Source: an uncultured Dehalococcoidaceae bacterium (GTDB lineage: Bacteria > Chloroflexota > Dehalococcoidia > Dehalococcoidales > RBG-16-60-22). Taken from it: a DNA stretch of 60,058 bases. Below the pieces are notes generated by a model, which made no database searches, was not told the origin of the DNA, and worked only from the letters and a program-made list of their open reading frames with translations. Location of the stretch: NCBI GenBank assembly GCA_964409485.1, contig CAYPDM010000002.1:1-60058 (forward strand). Reading direction: 5' to 3'. The translations under genes and the position numbers were made by a program. Shown piece after piece: positions 17,802-26,145 of this stretch. Numbering within the stretch: the stretch's first letter is position 1; each line of letters starts with the position of its first letter.

Positions 17802-17987
17802 ATGGCGAAGGACAAAGAAAAGGAAAAAGAGAAAAAAGAACACCAGCACATGCATGAAGTATACAAGTCCGGCGAAAAATACCACTGCGGTGAGTGCGGC
17901 GCGGAACTGGATATGGGCAAGGACTGCCCGACCTGTAAGGTCAGTTTTAACTGGGAGAAGATTACCGGCCAGGCGCGTTATTTATAG
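17802..17987 (+). CDS. small zinc-ribbon protein (61 aa), paralogue of 1783..1950
   Basis: RBS GGGGAGG. VYKSGEKYHCGECGAELDMGKDCPTCKVSFNWEKI aligns with VYRIGEKYHCEECHQEVPIKQACPICKKEIDWERV. Confidence 0.65.
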   Translation: MAKDKEKEKEKKEHQHMHEVYKSGEKYHCGECGAELDMGKDCPTCKVSFNWEKITGQARYL

Positions 17988-17994
17988 AATTTTC

Positions 17995-18091
17995 TGGCGG
18001 GAGCGCATGGGAGTCGAACCCACCGAAGACATCATAAATGCCCCCCAACGGAGTTGAAGTCCGCGAAGCCCACCGGGACTCATCCGCTCCC
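17995..18091 (-). tRNA. selC: tRNA-Sec (anticodon UCA), CCA encoded
   Basis: The reverse complement folds as follows. Acceptor GGGAGCGG/GCGCUCCC; 6-bp D stem GAGUCC/GGGCUU with 4-nt loop; anticodon arm GCGGA-CUUCAAC-UCCGU. It also has an 8-bp variable arm, T arm GUGGG-UUCGACU-CCCAU, discriminator G and CCA. It closely parallels E. coli selC (GGACUUCAA, GGUUCGACUCC, GCCA). Confidence 0.93.
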
Positions 18092-18144
18092 CTGATTTAA
18101 GTATATCTCACCTGATTATCACTGGCAAAATCAGCCGGCCTGTT

Positions 18145-18888
18145 TCATTCCGCCGGCGTTTCTGCCGCCGCCCCGGGTTTCCTGCGGTATACCAGCTTAG
18201 CCAGCCAGATGCTCATCTCGTACAGTATTATTAGCGGCACCGCCACCAGGCTCTGGTTGATGGGGTCGAAGGTGGGGGTGATGATGGCGGCGAGGATGAA
18301 AGCGACGATTATCGCCATCTTTCTTTTACCGGCCAGCCACTCCGGCTTGACTATTCCCAGCCGCGCCAGGAACGTGGTCACCACCGGCAGTTCAAATACC
18401 AGCCCGATAGCTATCAGCAAACGCGTGATAATAGCTATGTAGTTGCCGATTTTTATCATCGGCAGGGCGATATCGCTGCCGAAGGTGTACAGGAACCCGA
18501 TGGCCGGCGGTATCAGTATAAAGTAACCGAAGACCACGCCCCCCAGGAACATTATGACTATCCAGGGCAGTATCAGGTATACGTTTCTTTCTTCCTTCCT
18601 GGTAAGCGCCGGTTTTATAAAAAGGATTGCCTGTACGGTCAGGTAGGGCATGGCGAGGATAAGACCGCTGGCGAGACACACCCTCATGATGGTGCCTATC
18701 ATCTCCGTCAACTCTGTGAAGATGAGGTTGATGCCTTCTGCCGGCAGAATCAGGACGTAGAATATCCATTCGTAGAAGATGAATGAGATGGCCGCCCCCG
18801 CGGCGACGGCGATAACGCTCCTGATGAGTCGCCTGCGCAATTCCTGGAAGTGACCGAGAATGGTGAGTTTCTGTTCGCCTTGAGACAT
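18145..18888 (-). CDS. tatC: twin-arginine translocase subunit TatC
   Basis: Start taken at MSQGEQKLTILGHFQELRRRL (the ORF is open to 19089 but there it overlaps the tatA/B-like gene). Six-TM TatC pattern. Confidence 0.9.
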   Translation of the reverse strand: MSQGEQKLTILGHFQELRRRLIRSVIAVAAGAAISFIFYEWIFYVLILPAEGINLIFTELTEMIGTIMRVCLASGLILAMPYLTVQAILFIKPALTRKEERNVYLILPWIVIMFLGGVVFGYFILIPPAIGFLYTFGSDIALPMIKIGNYIAIITRLLIAIGLVFELPVVTTFLARLGIVKPEWLAGKRKMAIIVAFILAAIITPTFDPINQSLVAVPLIILYEMSIWLAKLVYRRKPGAAAETPAE

Positions 18889-18889
18889 T

Positions 18890-19177
18890 TCAGGGGTGCC
18901 TCTCCCGGTCGTCAGGCTGCTTTGTACCGGCTTTCGTCCCCGGTTCGCCTGAAGCTGACGGCGGTTTGCTTTGGTTTTCTTCTTCCGGAGGTTCTTCCCC
19001 GGCTTTATCCAGCTCCCGGGTAACCGTCGTGGTGAGGTCGGTGCTGTATTTCCTGATGGCGCGCACCGTCTTCCCCAGCGTCCTGGCAAAATCGGTAAGC
19101 TTGCCCGGCCCCAGTACTATCAGCGCTAAAACGATTATTAGCAGTATCTCCCATGGACCTATGCCGAGAAATCCCAT
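18890..19177 (-). CDS. TatA/TatB-family translocase subunit (TatB-like, long charged tail)
   Basis: 95 aa. MGFLGIGPWEILLIIVLALIVLGPGKL, then an amphipathic helix. Its stop lies 1 nt before the tatC ATG. Confidence 0.88.
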   Translation of the reverse strand: MGFLGIGPWEILLIIVLALIVLGPGKLTDFARTLGKTVRAIRKYSTDLTTTVTRELDKAGEEPPEEENQSKPPSASGEPGTKAGTKQPDDRERHP

Positions 19178-19274
19178 CCCTCACCTTTTATCGTGTTATC
19201 TTCACAGGTAATTGCCCGTAAAGACAGTAATTCTCTGGAATACTTGTTTCTGCGGAGTAATTGTAAGACCGAAT

Positions 19275-19487
19275 TCAGGCAGATTTCTTCTTCGTGGTCT
19301 TTTTCGGACTGGCGGCGGCTGTTTTCTTTTCTTCCTCCTCCTCGTCTTCGCCGGCCTGGCCTTTCTTGAAAGAACGTATCCCCTTGCCGATGGCGTTGCC
19401 TACCTGCGGCAGTTTACCCACCCCGAAGACGATGAGGATTATAACCAAAATAAGAGCTATCTCCCATGGCCCCATTTTAAACGGCAT
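19275..19487 (-). CDS. tatA: twin-arginine translocase subunit TatA/E
   Basis: 70 aa. [37 protein letters not shown]-rich tail. Confidence 0.9.
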   Translation of the reverse strand: MPFKMGPWEIALILVIILIVFGVGKLPQVGNAIGKGIRSFKKGQAGEDEEEEEKKTAAASPKKTTKKKSA

Positions 19488-19529
19488 CTTAATTTCCTCC
19501 TGTCCACATACTAACCATCTGTAATTATA

Positions 19530-20069
19530 CTAGCGTCCGGCATTATTGTCTATCGGGGGGGCTGCGGGCAGCCCCATTTCCTTCAGGATTGCTTTCACTA
19601 TTTCCGGCACTTTTTGCTGCAGCTCGGGGGAAAGCTCCGTCCCGAACTTTATTTCTTTGGGCTCAATGCCGATGATGACTATTTCCTTCGGCTCGTTGCC
19701 TGTCATGGACATGAGCTGGAGGTTTTCCAAAACGCCCATTTCGTGCGCCGAGGTAAGGGCTGCCTTTTCCCCGGCCAGGTCCTGCGGCTTAAAGCGGTAT
19801 ATCGTGCCCGGTTCGCCCCCGGCTCTGGCGGCATCGACGATAATCAGCTTGTCTCCGGCCCTGGTATAAGCAATCAGGTCCGGCGATGTCCCGCCGTCTA
19901 TCAGCTTCACGTCGTCGGGAAAATTAAATTCCTGCAAAGCCTTTACGGCGTGAATGCCGATTCCCTCGTCCGTGAGAATCAGGTTGCCCACGCCGATTAC
20001 CACGATTCGCGGTGTCGCTTCTTTTTCCGGGTACTTGTCAGGTTTTCCGGTCATGTTATTCTCATCCAA
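19530..20069 (-). CDS. [NiFe]-hydrogenase maturation endopeptidase (HyaD/HybD/FrhD family)
   Basis: 179 aa. IVVIGVGNLILTDEGIGIHAV matches the GxGNxxxxD(D/E)GxG signature. Directly downstream of hypE. Confidence 0.88.
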   Translation of the reverse strand: MDENNMTGKPDKYPEKEATPRIVVIGVGNLILTDEGIGIHAVKALQEFNFPDDVKLIDGGTSPDLIAYTRAGDKLIIVDAARAGGEPGTIYRFKPQDLAGEKAALTSAHEMGVLENLQLMSMTGNEPKEIVIIGIEPKEIKFGTELSPELQQKVPEIVKAILKEMGLPAAPPIDNNAGR

Positions 20070-20094
20070 ATATAAATGACGCTACTTCTCTGTA

Positions 20095-21099
20095 TCAGCA
20101 TATTCTCGGCAGCAGCTCGCCGACCGGTATGTCTACGATTCGGGATGCCCCCAGGCTCGTTTTCATGACTACCTGCCCGGGATGCTCCGCCACCACCTCC
20201 CCGATGATAACTGCCCCGTTCCCGTATTTGTTCTGTTTCATCGCCGCCAGCACGGCCCCGGTGTCTTCAGGGGCGACCGCTGCCGCTAGCTTGCCCTCGT
20301 TGGCGATGTATAGAGGGTCGAACCCCAGGAATTCGCAGGCGGCCAGCACCGCTTTATCTACCGGTATTTTATCCTCTTCTATTATAATACCCGCTTTCGA
20401 CTGTACCGCGAAGTCGTTGAGGGTGGTGGCTAGCCCGCCGCGGGTGGGGTCGCGCAGGGAGTGGATATTCGCGGATGCCGCCAGCATAACCACCACCAGC
20501 CCGTTAAGCGGGGCGCAGTCGCTGGGTACGGGCGTGTTGAATTTAAGCCCTTCACGCTGGCTCAATACGGCGATTCCGTGGTCGCCGATGTTTCCGTTGA
20601 TGATGATTTTATCGCCGGGCCGGGCGTTGGCGGCGGAGATATCAACACCTTCCGGCACGGTGCCAATACCGGCAGTATTTATAAAAATCTTATCGGCGCT
20701 CCCCTGGTTGACCACTTTGGTATCGCCGGTGACTATTTTCACCCCGGCTTCCCCGGCGGCTTGCCTGATAGATGTCAGTATCTTCTTGAGGTCGGCAATG
20801 AGTAAGCCTTCCTCGATAATGAAAGCCAGGCTCAAGTAGAGCGGCCTGGCGCCGCTCATGGCCAGGTCGTTGACCGTGCCGCACACGGCCAGCCTGCCGA
20901 TATCCCCGCCAGGGAAAAAGAGGGGATTCACCGTGTAGCTGTCGGTGGTAAAGGCCAGCCGGCCGCTCGCTTCGAAGACGGCGGAGTCGTCCAGCCTGTC
21001 CAGTATGGGATTGGACAGGTCGGGCAGGAAGCTTTTAATCAAGTCCTGGGACAACTTGCCGCCGCTGCCGTGCGCCAGCAGTATTTTATCTTCGTTCAT
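20095..21099 (-). CDS. hypE: hydrogenase maturation protein HypE
   Basis: 334 aa. PurM-like fold. C-terminal PRIC motif, which carries the thiocyanate Cys. Confidence 0.95.
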   Translation of the reverse strand: MNEDKILLAHGSGGKLSQDLIKSFLPDLSNPILDRLDDSAVFEASGRLAFTTDSYTVNPLFFPGGDIGRLAVCGTVNDLAMSGARPLYLSLAFIIEEGLLIADLKKILTSIRQAAGEAGVKIVTGDTKVVNQGSADKIFINTAGIGTVPEGVDISAANARPGDKIIINGNIGDHGIAVLSQREGLKFNTPVPSDCAPLNGLVVVMLAASANIHSLRDPTRGGLATTLNDFAVQSKAGIIIEEDKIPVDKAVLAACEFLGFDPLYIANEGKLAAAVAPEDTGAVLAAMKQNKYGNGAVIIGEVVAEHPGQVVMKTSLGASRIVDIPVGELLPRIC

Positions 21100-21110
21100 A
21101 TTAATTTTTA

Positions 21111-21200
21111 AACCTCACCCCCTGTGTCCCCCTCTCCTGGCAAGGTTATCAGGAGAGGGGGAGGTTTTAGAAGAGGGGCTTCGCCCCTCTTAGACTCCCC
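21111..21200 (-). repeat. right-half member of the composite repeat family, inverted, filling the hypD-hypE spacer
   Basis: The reverse complement reads GGGGAGTCT-AAGAGGGGCGAAGCCCCTCTT-...-TCCCCCTCTCCTG-N10-CAGGAGAGGGGGA-CACAGGGGGTGAGGTT. Module order is the same as 12906-13058. Confidence 0.75.
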
Positions 21201-21201
21201 T

Positions 21202-22293
21202 TCATATGTTTTTCTCCCCATATTGAAAATATGCGGCGCAGCTTCCCTCCGATGATACCATGCAGGGGCCCACCGGGTGCTCCGGCGTGCACGTAACGCG
21301 GAACAGCTTGCATTCCGGAGGCGTGCTGACGCCACGCAGGATGTTCCCGCAGATACAGCCTGCGGGTTCCAGGGTGGGGCCGGGGTCGATAGTAAAATTC
21401 CTGGCGGCATCGTATTTTTCGTAACGCGACTTTATTTGGAGTCCGCTTGAAGGTACGGGGCCGATTCCCCGCCAGTTAGCCTCCCCGATTTCAAAGACGG
21501 TCTCCATCAGGCGGATGGCTGGCGCGTTGCCCTCCGGCTTTACCCCCCGCCGGTAGGCGATTTCCACCTTCGGCTGTCCGCTTTCAATCTGCTCCACTAG
21601 GCTGTCGACGGCCAGCAGGATATCCAGTGGCTCGAAGCCGGAGACGGCGCAGGCGATTTTATAGTCGCTGGCGATGAACTCGTAGGGGTGCGAGCCGATG
21701 ATGGCGCTGACATGGCCGGGACATATAATGCCGCCGAGATTGACTTCTCCCAGGTCGAGGATGGCTTTCATGATGGGCGGGCAGACCTTGTGCAGGGACA
21801 GGACGTAGTAGTTTTTAATTCTCTCCTGCTCCGCCTGGAGAATCGACGCGGCGATAGTCGGCGCCGTCGTCTCGAAGCCGATGCCGATGAAAATGACCGA
21901 TTTTTCCGGGTTGTCGCGGGCGATGGCCAGCGCGTCCTGCGCTGAATAGACGATACGCACGTCGGCGCCTTCGGCCCTGGCTTTCTGCAGACTGGAGCGA
22001 CTCCCCGGCACTCTTATCATGTCCCCGAAGCTGGTGATAATAACGTCGGGCAGGCGTCCCAGGGCGATGGCTTTGTCCAGGTCGGCGCTGGCGGTAACGC
22101 AGACGGGGCAGCCCGGCCCGGAGAGCATCTCTATATTGTCCGGCAGAAGCTGGCGCAGGCCGTGCTTGAAGATGGCCACGGTATGACCGCCGCAGAACTC
22201 CATCAGCCTGGCCGGATGGTGTGAGTGCTTCTGAATCCTCTCCAGCAGCCTTTTACCCAGCTCCGGGTCGCGGTATTCTTCAACGAATTTCAA
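21202..22293 (-). CDS. hypD: hydrogenase maturation protein HypD
   Basis: 363 aa. Motifs FCGGHT, GPGCPVCV, ICPGHVS. Confidence 0.95.
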   Translation of the reverse strand: MKFVEEYRDPELGKRLLERIQKHSHHPARLMEFCGGHTVAIFKHGLRQLLPDNIEMLSGPGCPVCVTASADLDKAIALGRLPDVIITSFGDMIRVPGSRSSLQKARAEGADVRIVYSAQDALAIARDNPEKSVIFIGIGFETTAPTIAASILQAEQERIKNYYVLSLHKVCPPIMKAILDLGEVNLGGIICPGHVSAIIGSHPYEFIASDYKIACAVSGFEPLDILLAVDSLVEQIESGQPKVEIAYRRGVKPEGNAPAIRLMETVFEIGEANWRGIGPVPSSGLQIKSRYEKYDAARNFTIDPGPTLEPAGCICGNILRGVSTPPECKLFRVTCTPEHPVGPCMVSSEGSCAAYFQYGEKNI

Positions 22294-22305
22294 TTAATTC
22301 AAACC

Positions 22306-22334
22306 TGTCATTCCCAACTTGATTGGGAATCCAG
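22306..22334. repeat. dRS3-like palindrome TGTCATTCCCAA-CTTGA-TTGGGAATCCAG in the hypC-hypD spacer
   Basis: 8-bp stem ATTCCCAA/TTGGGAAT. Same flanks (TGTC...CCAG) as 12764-12791. Confidence 0.7.
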
Positions 22335-22336
22335 AA

Positions 22337-22555
22337 TCAGCCGGCCTCGCTCAATTCTCTTAACAGTTTCAGCGTTTCCTCGGCCTCGTCGGGGTCGATG
22401 ATGCTGATGGCGTAGCCGGTATGCAGCAGCACGTAGTCGCCGACCTTTGCGTCCGGAGTGAGTTGGAGACTGGCATCGCGGGTGACCCCCTCGATATCCA
22501 CCTCGGCCTGCTGGCCTTCAATTGATTTTATTAATGCGGGTACGGCTAAACACAT
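22337..22555 (-). CDS. hypC: hydrogenase maturation protein HypC
   Basis: 72 aa starting MCLAVP, the essential N-terminal Cys motif. Confidence 0.95.
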   Translation of the reverse strand: MCLAVPALIKSIEGQQAEVDIEGVTRDASLQLTPDAKVGDYVLLHTGYAISIIDPDEAEETLKLLRELSEAG

Positions 22556-22568
22556 GGTCGTTTATCCT

Positions 22569-23174
22569 TTATTTCGCCAGTTGCCTTTCCCAGTCGTCCT
22601 TGATGTCCTTGATTTCCTTGCCGATGCGGAAGGCCGGGCCCAGGAACTCGCCGACTTTATTATACGTGCCGGCCGGATAGGTCATGTATATAATGGGGTC
22701 GATTTTTCCTGCGTCCGGTTTGCCGTCTGTCATGCAGTCGTTGGAGACCAGTATCTCCTTGATGGGGCCGGCTATCAGGTAATGGCTGCCCAGCTTAAGG
22801 ATGTGCTCGGCGGTGCAGCCGATATTGACCGGGCACTGCTCGATGAACGGTGCGCCGGCCACTTCCCCGTAAAATACCTTGAAGTTACAGTCTTTGGCTT
22901 TATCGGTTTTGGCGCCGGTGGCGATGCCGCAGTAATCTGTTTCTTTTACGAGGGTCGTATCGGGGATATTAACTGAAAAGGCCATGTTTTCACGGACGCC
23001 CTTCAGGGAGTGCCGCACCCGGTTGAGGGCTATGGCTATCCAGGGTGGGGTGCCGCAGGCTATGTTGACCCAGGCTACAGTAACGAAATCGGGCTTGCCT
23101 TTGACGTCCGCGCCGACCATGACGGTGGGGTGGGGGAATAGCAGGGGCATAATATCAATCTTCGTCTTGTTCAT
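22569..23174 (-). CDS. flavin reductase-like (FMN-binding split-barrel) protein embedded in the hyp operon
   Basis: 201 aa. ...PTVMVGADVKGKPDFVTVAWVNIACGTPPWIAIALNRVRHSLKGVRENMAFSVNIP resembles the COG1853 flavin reductase domain. Its ATG overlaps the hypF TGA (ATGA). Confidence 0.75.
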   Translation of the reverse strand: MNKTKIDIMPLLFPHPTVMVGADVKGKPDFVTVAWVNIACGTPPWIAIALNRVRHSLKGVRENMAFSVNIPDTTLVKETDYCGIATGAKTDKAKDCNFKVFYGEVAGAPFIEQCPVNIGCTAEHILKLGSHYLIAGPIKEILVSNDCMTDGKPDAGKIDPIIYMTYPAGTYNKVGEFLGPAFRIGKEIKDIKDDWERQLAK

Positions 23175-25474
23175 AGTCCTGCCTCCTCATTAAATTGCGC
23201 AATCACCGCCTGCCCCAGGGAGATGCCGCCGTCGTTGCAGGGCACCTGGCGGTGAGTATATACCTCGAAACCGGCAGATTCAAGCAGCTCCGCCGCCTTC
23301 CTTAACAGCAAGCGGTTCTGGAATACCCCGCCGCTCAATGCCACCCGGGTTATACCGGCACGGGGAGAAATACTCTGGCATACCTCCAGGATCATATAAG
23401 CTACGGCATTATGGAACCTCGCGGCGATTCTGGCCCTGGGTGTGCGATTGTGCAAGTCATTCAATATCGCGGCGAACAGGTCGTGCACTTTAATGGTATT
23501 AATTTCATCATGCTTGGTTACGGAGAACGGGTAGCGGGCCGACTCGTTGACGGCTTTAGTCGCCAGCGTTTCCAGGTCGATGGCCGCCTGCGCTTCGTAC
23601 TGGATGACTCCCCGGACGCCGATAAGGGCGGCTACCGCGTCGAAAAGCCTGCCCATGCTGGAAGTCAGCGGCGAGTTGATGCCGTTTTCAACCTGGCTCC
23701 GTATGATATCGATTTCCCCGGGGTCCACATTCTTCAGGAAAGGGAGCTGCCGGTCCAGTTCAATGCCGAGCGATAGCAGGTAGCCGATGGTCGTGCGATA
23801 CGGCTTCTTGATGGCCTGGGCGCCTCCCGGCAGCGGCAGGTATTCCAGGTGCGTCACGCGGGTGAACTCCTTGCAGTCGGCCACCATGAATTCGCCGCCC
23901 CATATATTCCCGTCCGTGCCGTAGCCGGTCCCGTCAAAGGATACCCCGATGACCGGCCCTGGTAGGCCGTTGTCCGCCATGCAGCTGGCGATATGAGCGT
24001 GGTGGTGCTGCACCGGAACGAGCTTTATCTCTTCTCTGTCCGCCAGTTCCCTGGCGTATTTGGTGGGCAGGTACTCCGGGTGCATGTCGTGGGCGATTAT
24101 TTCCGGCTCTATTCTGAATAGTCGTCGATATAACGCTATGGTATTTGTGAAATGCTCCAGCGTTTCCAGGTTTTCCATGTCGCCGATATGCTGGCTGACG
24201 AAGGCGAAGTTATCGCGCGTCAGGCAGAAGGTATTTTTTTCCTCGGCGCCGCAGCCCAGTATCTGCCGGCTTTCGTAGGGGAGGTGTACGGGGTAGGGTG
24301 CGTAACCGCGGGCTCGCCGCACGAATGCGGGCGCATCCCTCTCCACTATCATCACGCTGTCGTCGTAGCGGGCGTAGATGTCCCGGTTATGCATCAGGAA
24401 ATAATCAGCGATGCCGCCGAGCCTGCGCAGTGCCTCGTCGTTGTCCTTGGCTATCGGCTCCTCGCTGATATTCCCGCTGGTCATTACCAGGGGCAGTCCG
24501 GTCTCCCGCAGCAGGAGGTGATGAAGCGGAGTATAGGGGAGCATCACGCCGAGGTAATTAAGGCCGGGCGCTACGGCTCTGGTTACTGCGGATTCGGTCT
24601 TCCATTTCACCAGGACGATGGGACTGCCGGAAGAGGTCAGCAGTCTCTCTTCCTCGTCATTTATCTCGCAGTGCCGTCTGGCTTCGTCGAGCGTAGCCAC
24701 CATTACGGCCAGCGGCTTGGCGGGTCGGTTTTTCCGCCGGCGTAAAAGGTTGACGGTTTTTTCGCTGATGGCGTCGCAGGCCAGCAGAAAGCCCCCCAGC
24801 CCCTTTACCGCGGCTATTTTGCCTTCTCTTAGCAAATCGACAGTCTTTGTAATTGCGTCTTCGCAGTCGACTTTATTGCCACCCGCGTCGATTAATTCCA
24901 GTTGCGGGCCGCACGCGGGGCAGGCGTTGGGCTGGGCGTGAAAACGGCGGTCGAACGGGTCTCCGTATTCCTTCCGGCATTCCGGGCACATCCGGAAGGC
25001 TTTCATGGTCGTATTGGGGCGGTCATAGGGTATATCATTGATTATCGTGAAGCGGGGTCCGCAGTTGGTGCAGTTGGTAAACGGGTAGCGGTAACGCCGG
25101 TCTGCGGGGTCGAGGATTTCCCGCAGGCAATCGGGGCAGGTAGCGATATCTGGGGAGACGAGCTGGTATTTGCCCTCTTCGGCTATGCTGTGGCGGATTT
25201 CGAACCTGTCATGGCCGGCGTAAGGCCCCGCGCTAACCGCGATATCTTCTATGTGAGAAAGCGGCGGCGCCTGCTTCCGCAGTCCGCGGAGGAAAAGCTC
25301 TATGTCTCTGGCCTCCCCCTCAACTTCGATTCTGACGTCCTCCGAGGTGTTGTATACCCAGCCCTTGAGGTTATGCCTGGTGGCGAGCTGGTAGATGAAA
25401 GGTCTGAAGCCGACCCCCTGCACCACCCCCCGGACGCTGATATTAACGAGGTTGATAGCCGGTAATTTAGCCAT
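23171..25474 (-). CDS. hypF: carbamoyltransferase HypF
   Basis: 767 aa. Acylphosphatase-like N-terminus (VRGVVQGVGFRPF), two zinc-finger pairs (CPDC..CTNCGPRF, CPEC..CPACGP), YrdC-like and Kae1-like domains. Confidence 0.96.
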   Translation of the reverse strand: MAKLPAINLVNISVRGVVQGVGFRPFIYQLATRHNLKGWVYNTSEDVRIEVEGEARDIELFLRGLRKQAPPLSHIEDIAVSAGPYAGHDRFEIRHSIAEEGKYQLVSPDIATCPDCLREILDPADRRYRYPFTNCTNCGPRFTIINDIPYDRPNTTMKAFRMCPECRKEYGDPFDRRFHAQPNACPACGPQLELIDAGGNKVDCEDAITKTVDLLREGKIAAVKGLGGFLLACDAISEKTVNLLRRRKNRPAKPLAVMVATLDEARRHCEINDEEERLLTSSGSPIVLVKWKTESAVTRAVAPGLNYLGVMLPYTPLHHLLLRETGLPLVMTSGNISEEPIAKDNDEALRRLGGIADYFLMHNRDIYARYDDSVMIVERDAPAFVRRARGYAPYPVHLPYESRQILGCGAEEKNTFCLTRDNFAFVSQHIGDMENLETLEHFTNTIALYRRLFRIEPEIIAHDMHPEYLPTKYARELADREEIKLVPVQHHHAHIASCMADNGLPGPVIGVSFDGTGYGTDGNIWGGEFMVADCKEFTRVTHLEYLPLPGGAQAIKKPYRTTIGYLLSLGIELDRQLPFLKNVDPGEIDIIRSQVENGINSPLTSSMGRLFDAVAALIGVRGVIQYEAQAAIDLETLATKAVNESARYPFSVTKHDEINTIKVHDLFAAILNDLHNRTPRARIAARFHNAVAYMILEVCQSISPRAGITRVALSGGVFQNRLLLRKAAELLESAGFEVYTHRQVPCNDGGISLGQAVIAQFNEEAGL

Positions 25475-25479
25475 GTTAC

Positions 25480-26145
25480 TTATTTTTTCTTGCCTTTTAC
25501 AGCGGATTCAAGCCAGTCGAACCAGGCATCCATCCCCTCGCCGGTCTTGCAGGAGACGGGTAGGAAAATAACGTCGGGGTTCAGCCCGGTGACTATTTTC
25601 TTAAAACCATCTATATCGAAGTCGAGGTACGGCTGGAGGTCGATTTTATTCAGGAGCACCACGTCGCTGTCGGCGAACATGGCCGGGTATTTGTACGGTT
25701 TGTCATCGCCTTCCGGCAGGCTGGAAATCATGACGCGCTTATCCTCCCCCAGCGCAAAAGCGTTGGGGCAAATCAGGTTGCCCACGTTCTCGATGAACAG
25801 CAGTTCGATATTTTCCAGCGGCAGGTCGTTCAGAGCGATTTCGACCATATTGGCGTCCAGGTGGCAGCCGCCCGCGGTGTTGATTTGCACGACGGGTATG
25901 CCCATCTCGTTGATTTTATCGGCGTCCACGCTGGAGGCAACGTCACCCTCGATGACCGCCATGCTGGCCTTATCTTTCATGTGTTTTATCGTAGCCATAA
26001 TGAGGCTGGTCTTGCCCGCCCCCGGCGACGACATTATATCCACCGTCAGGACACCGTGGCTATGCAGCCTGTTCTGGTTGGCCCTGGCTTTCTCTTCGTT
26101 GGCGCCGAGGATATCCTCGCCTACCTTGATTACTTTTACTGTCAT
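25480..26145 (-). CDS. hypB: hydrogenase nickel-insertion GTPase HypB
   Basis: 221 aa. P-loop SSPGAGKTS, ENVGNLICP, NKIDL. No His-rich N-terminal stretch. Confidence 0.95.
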   Translation of the reverse strand: MTVKVIKVGEDILGANEEKARANQNRLHSHGVLTVDIMSSPGAGKTSLIMATIKHMKDKASMAVIEGDVASSVDADKINEMGIPVVQINTAGGCHLDANMVEIALNDLPLENIELLFIENVGNLICPNAFALGEDKRVMISSLPEGDDKPYKYPAMFADSDVVLLNKIDLQPYLDFDIDGFKKIVTGLNPDVIFLPVSCKTGEGMDAWFDWLESAVKGKKK

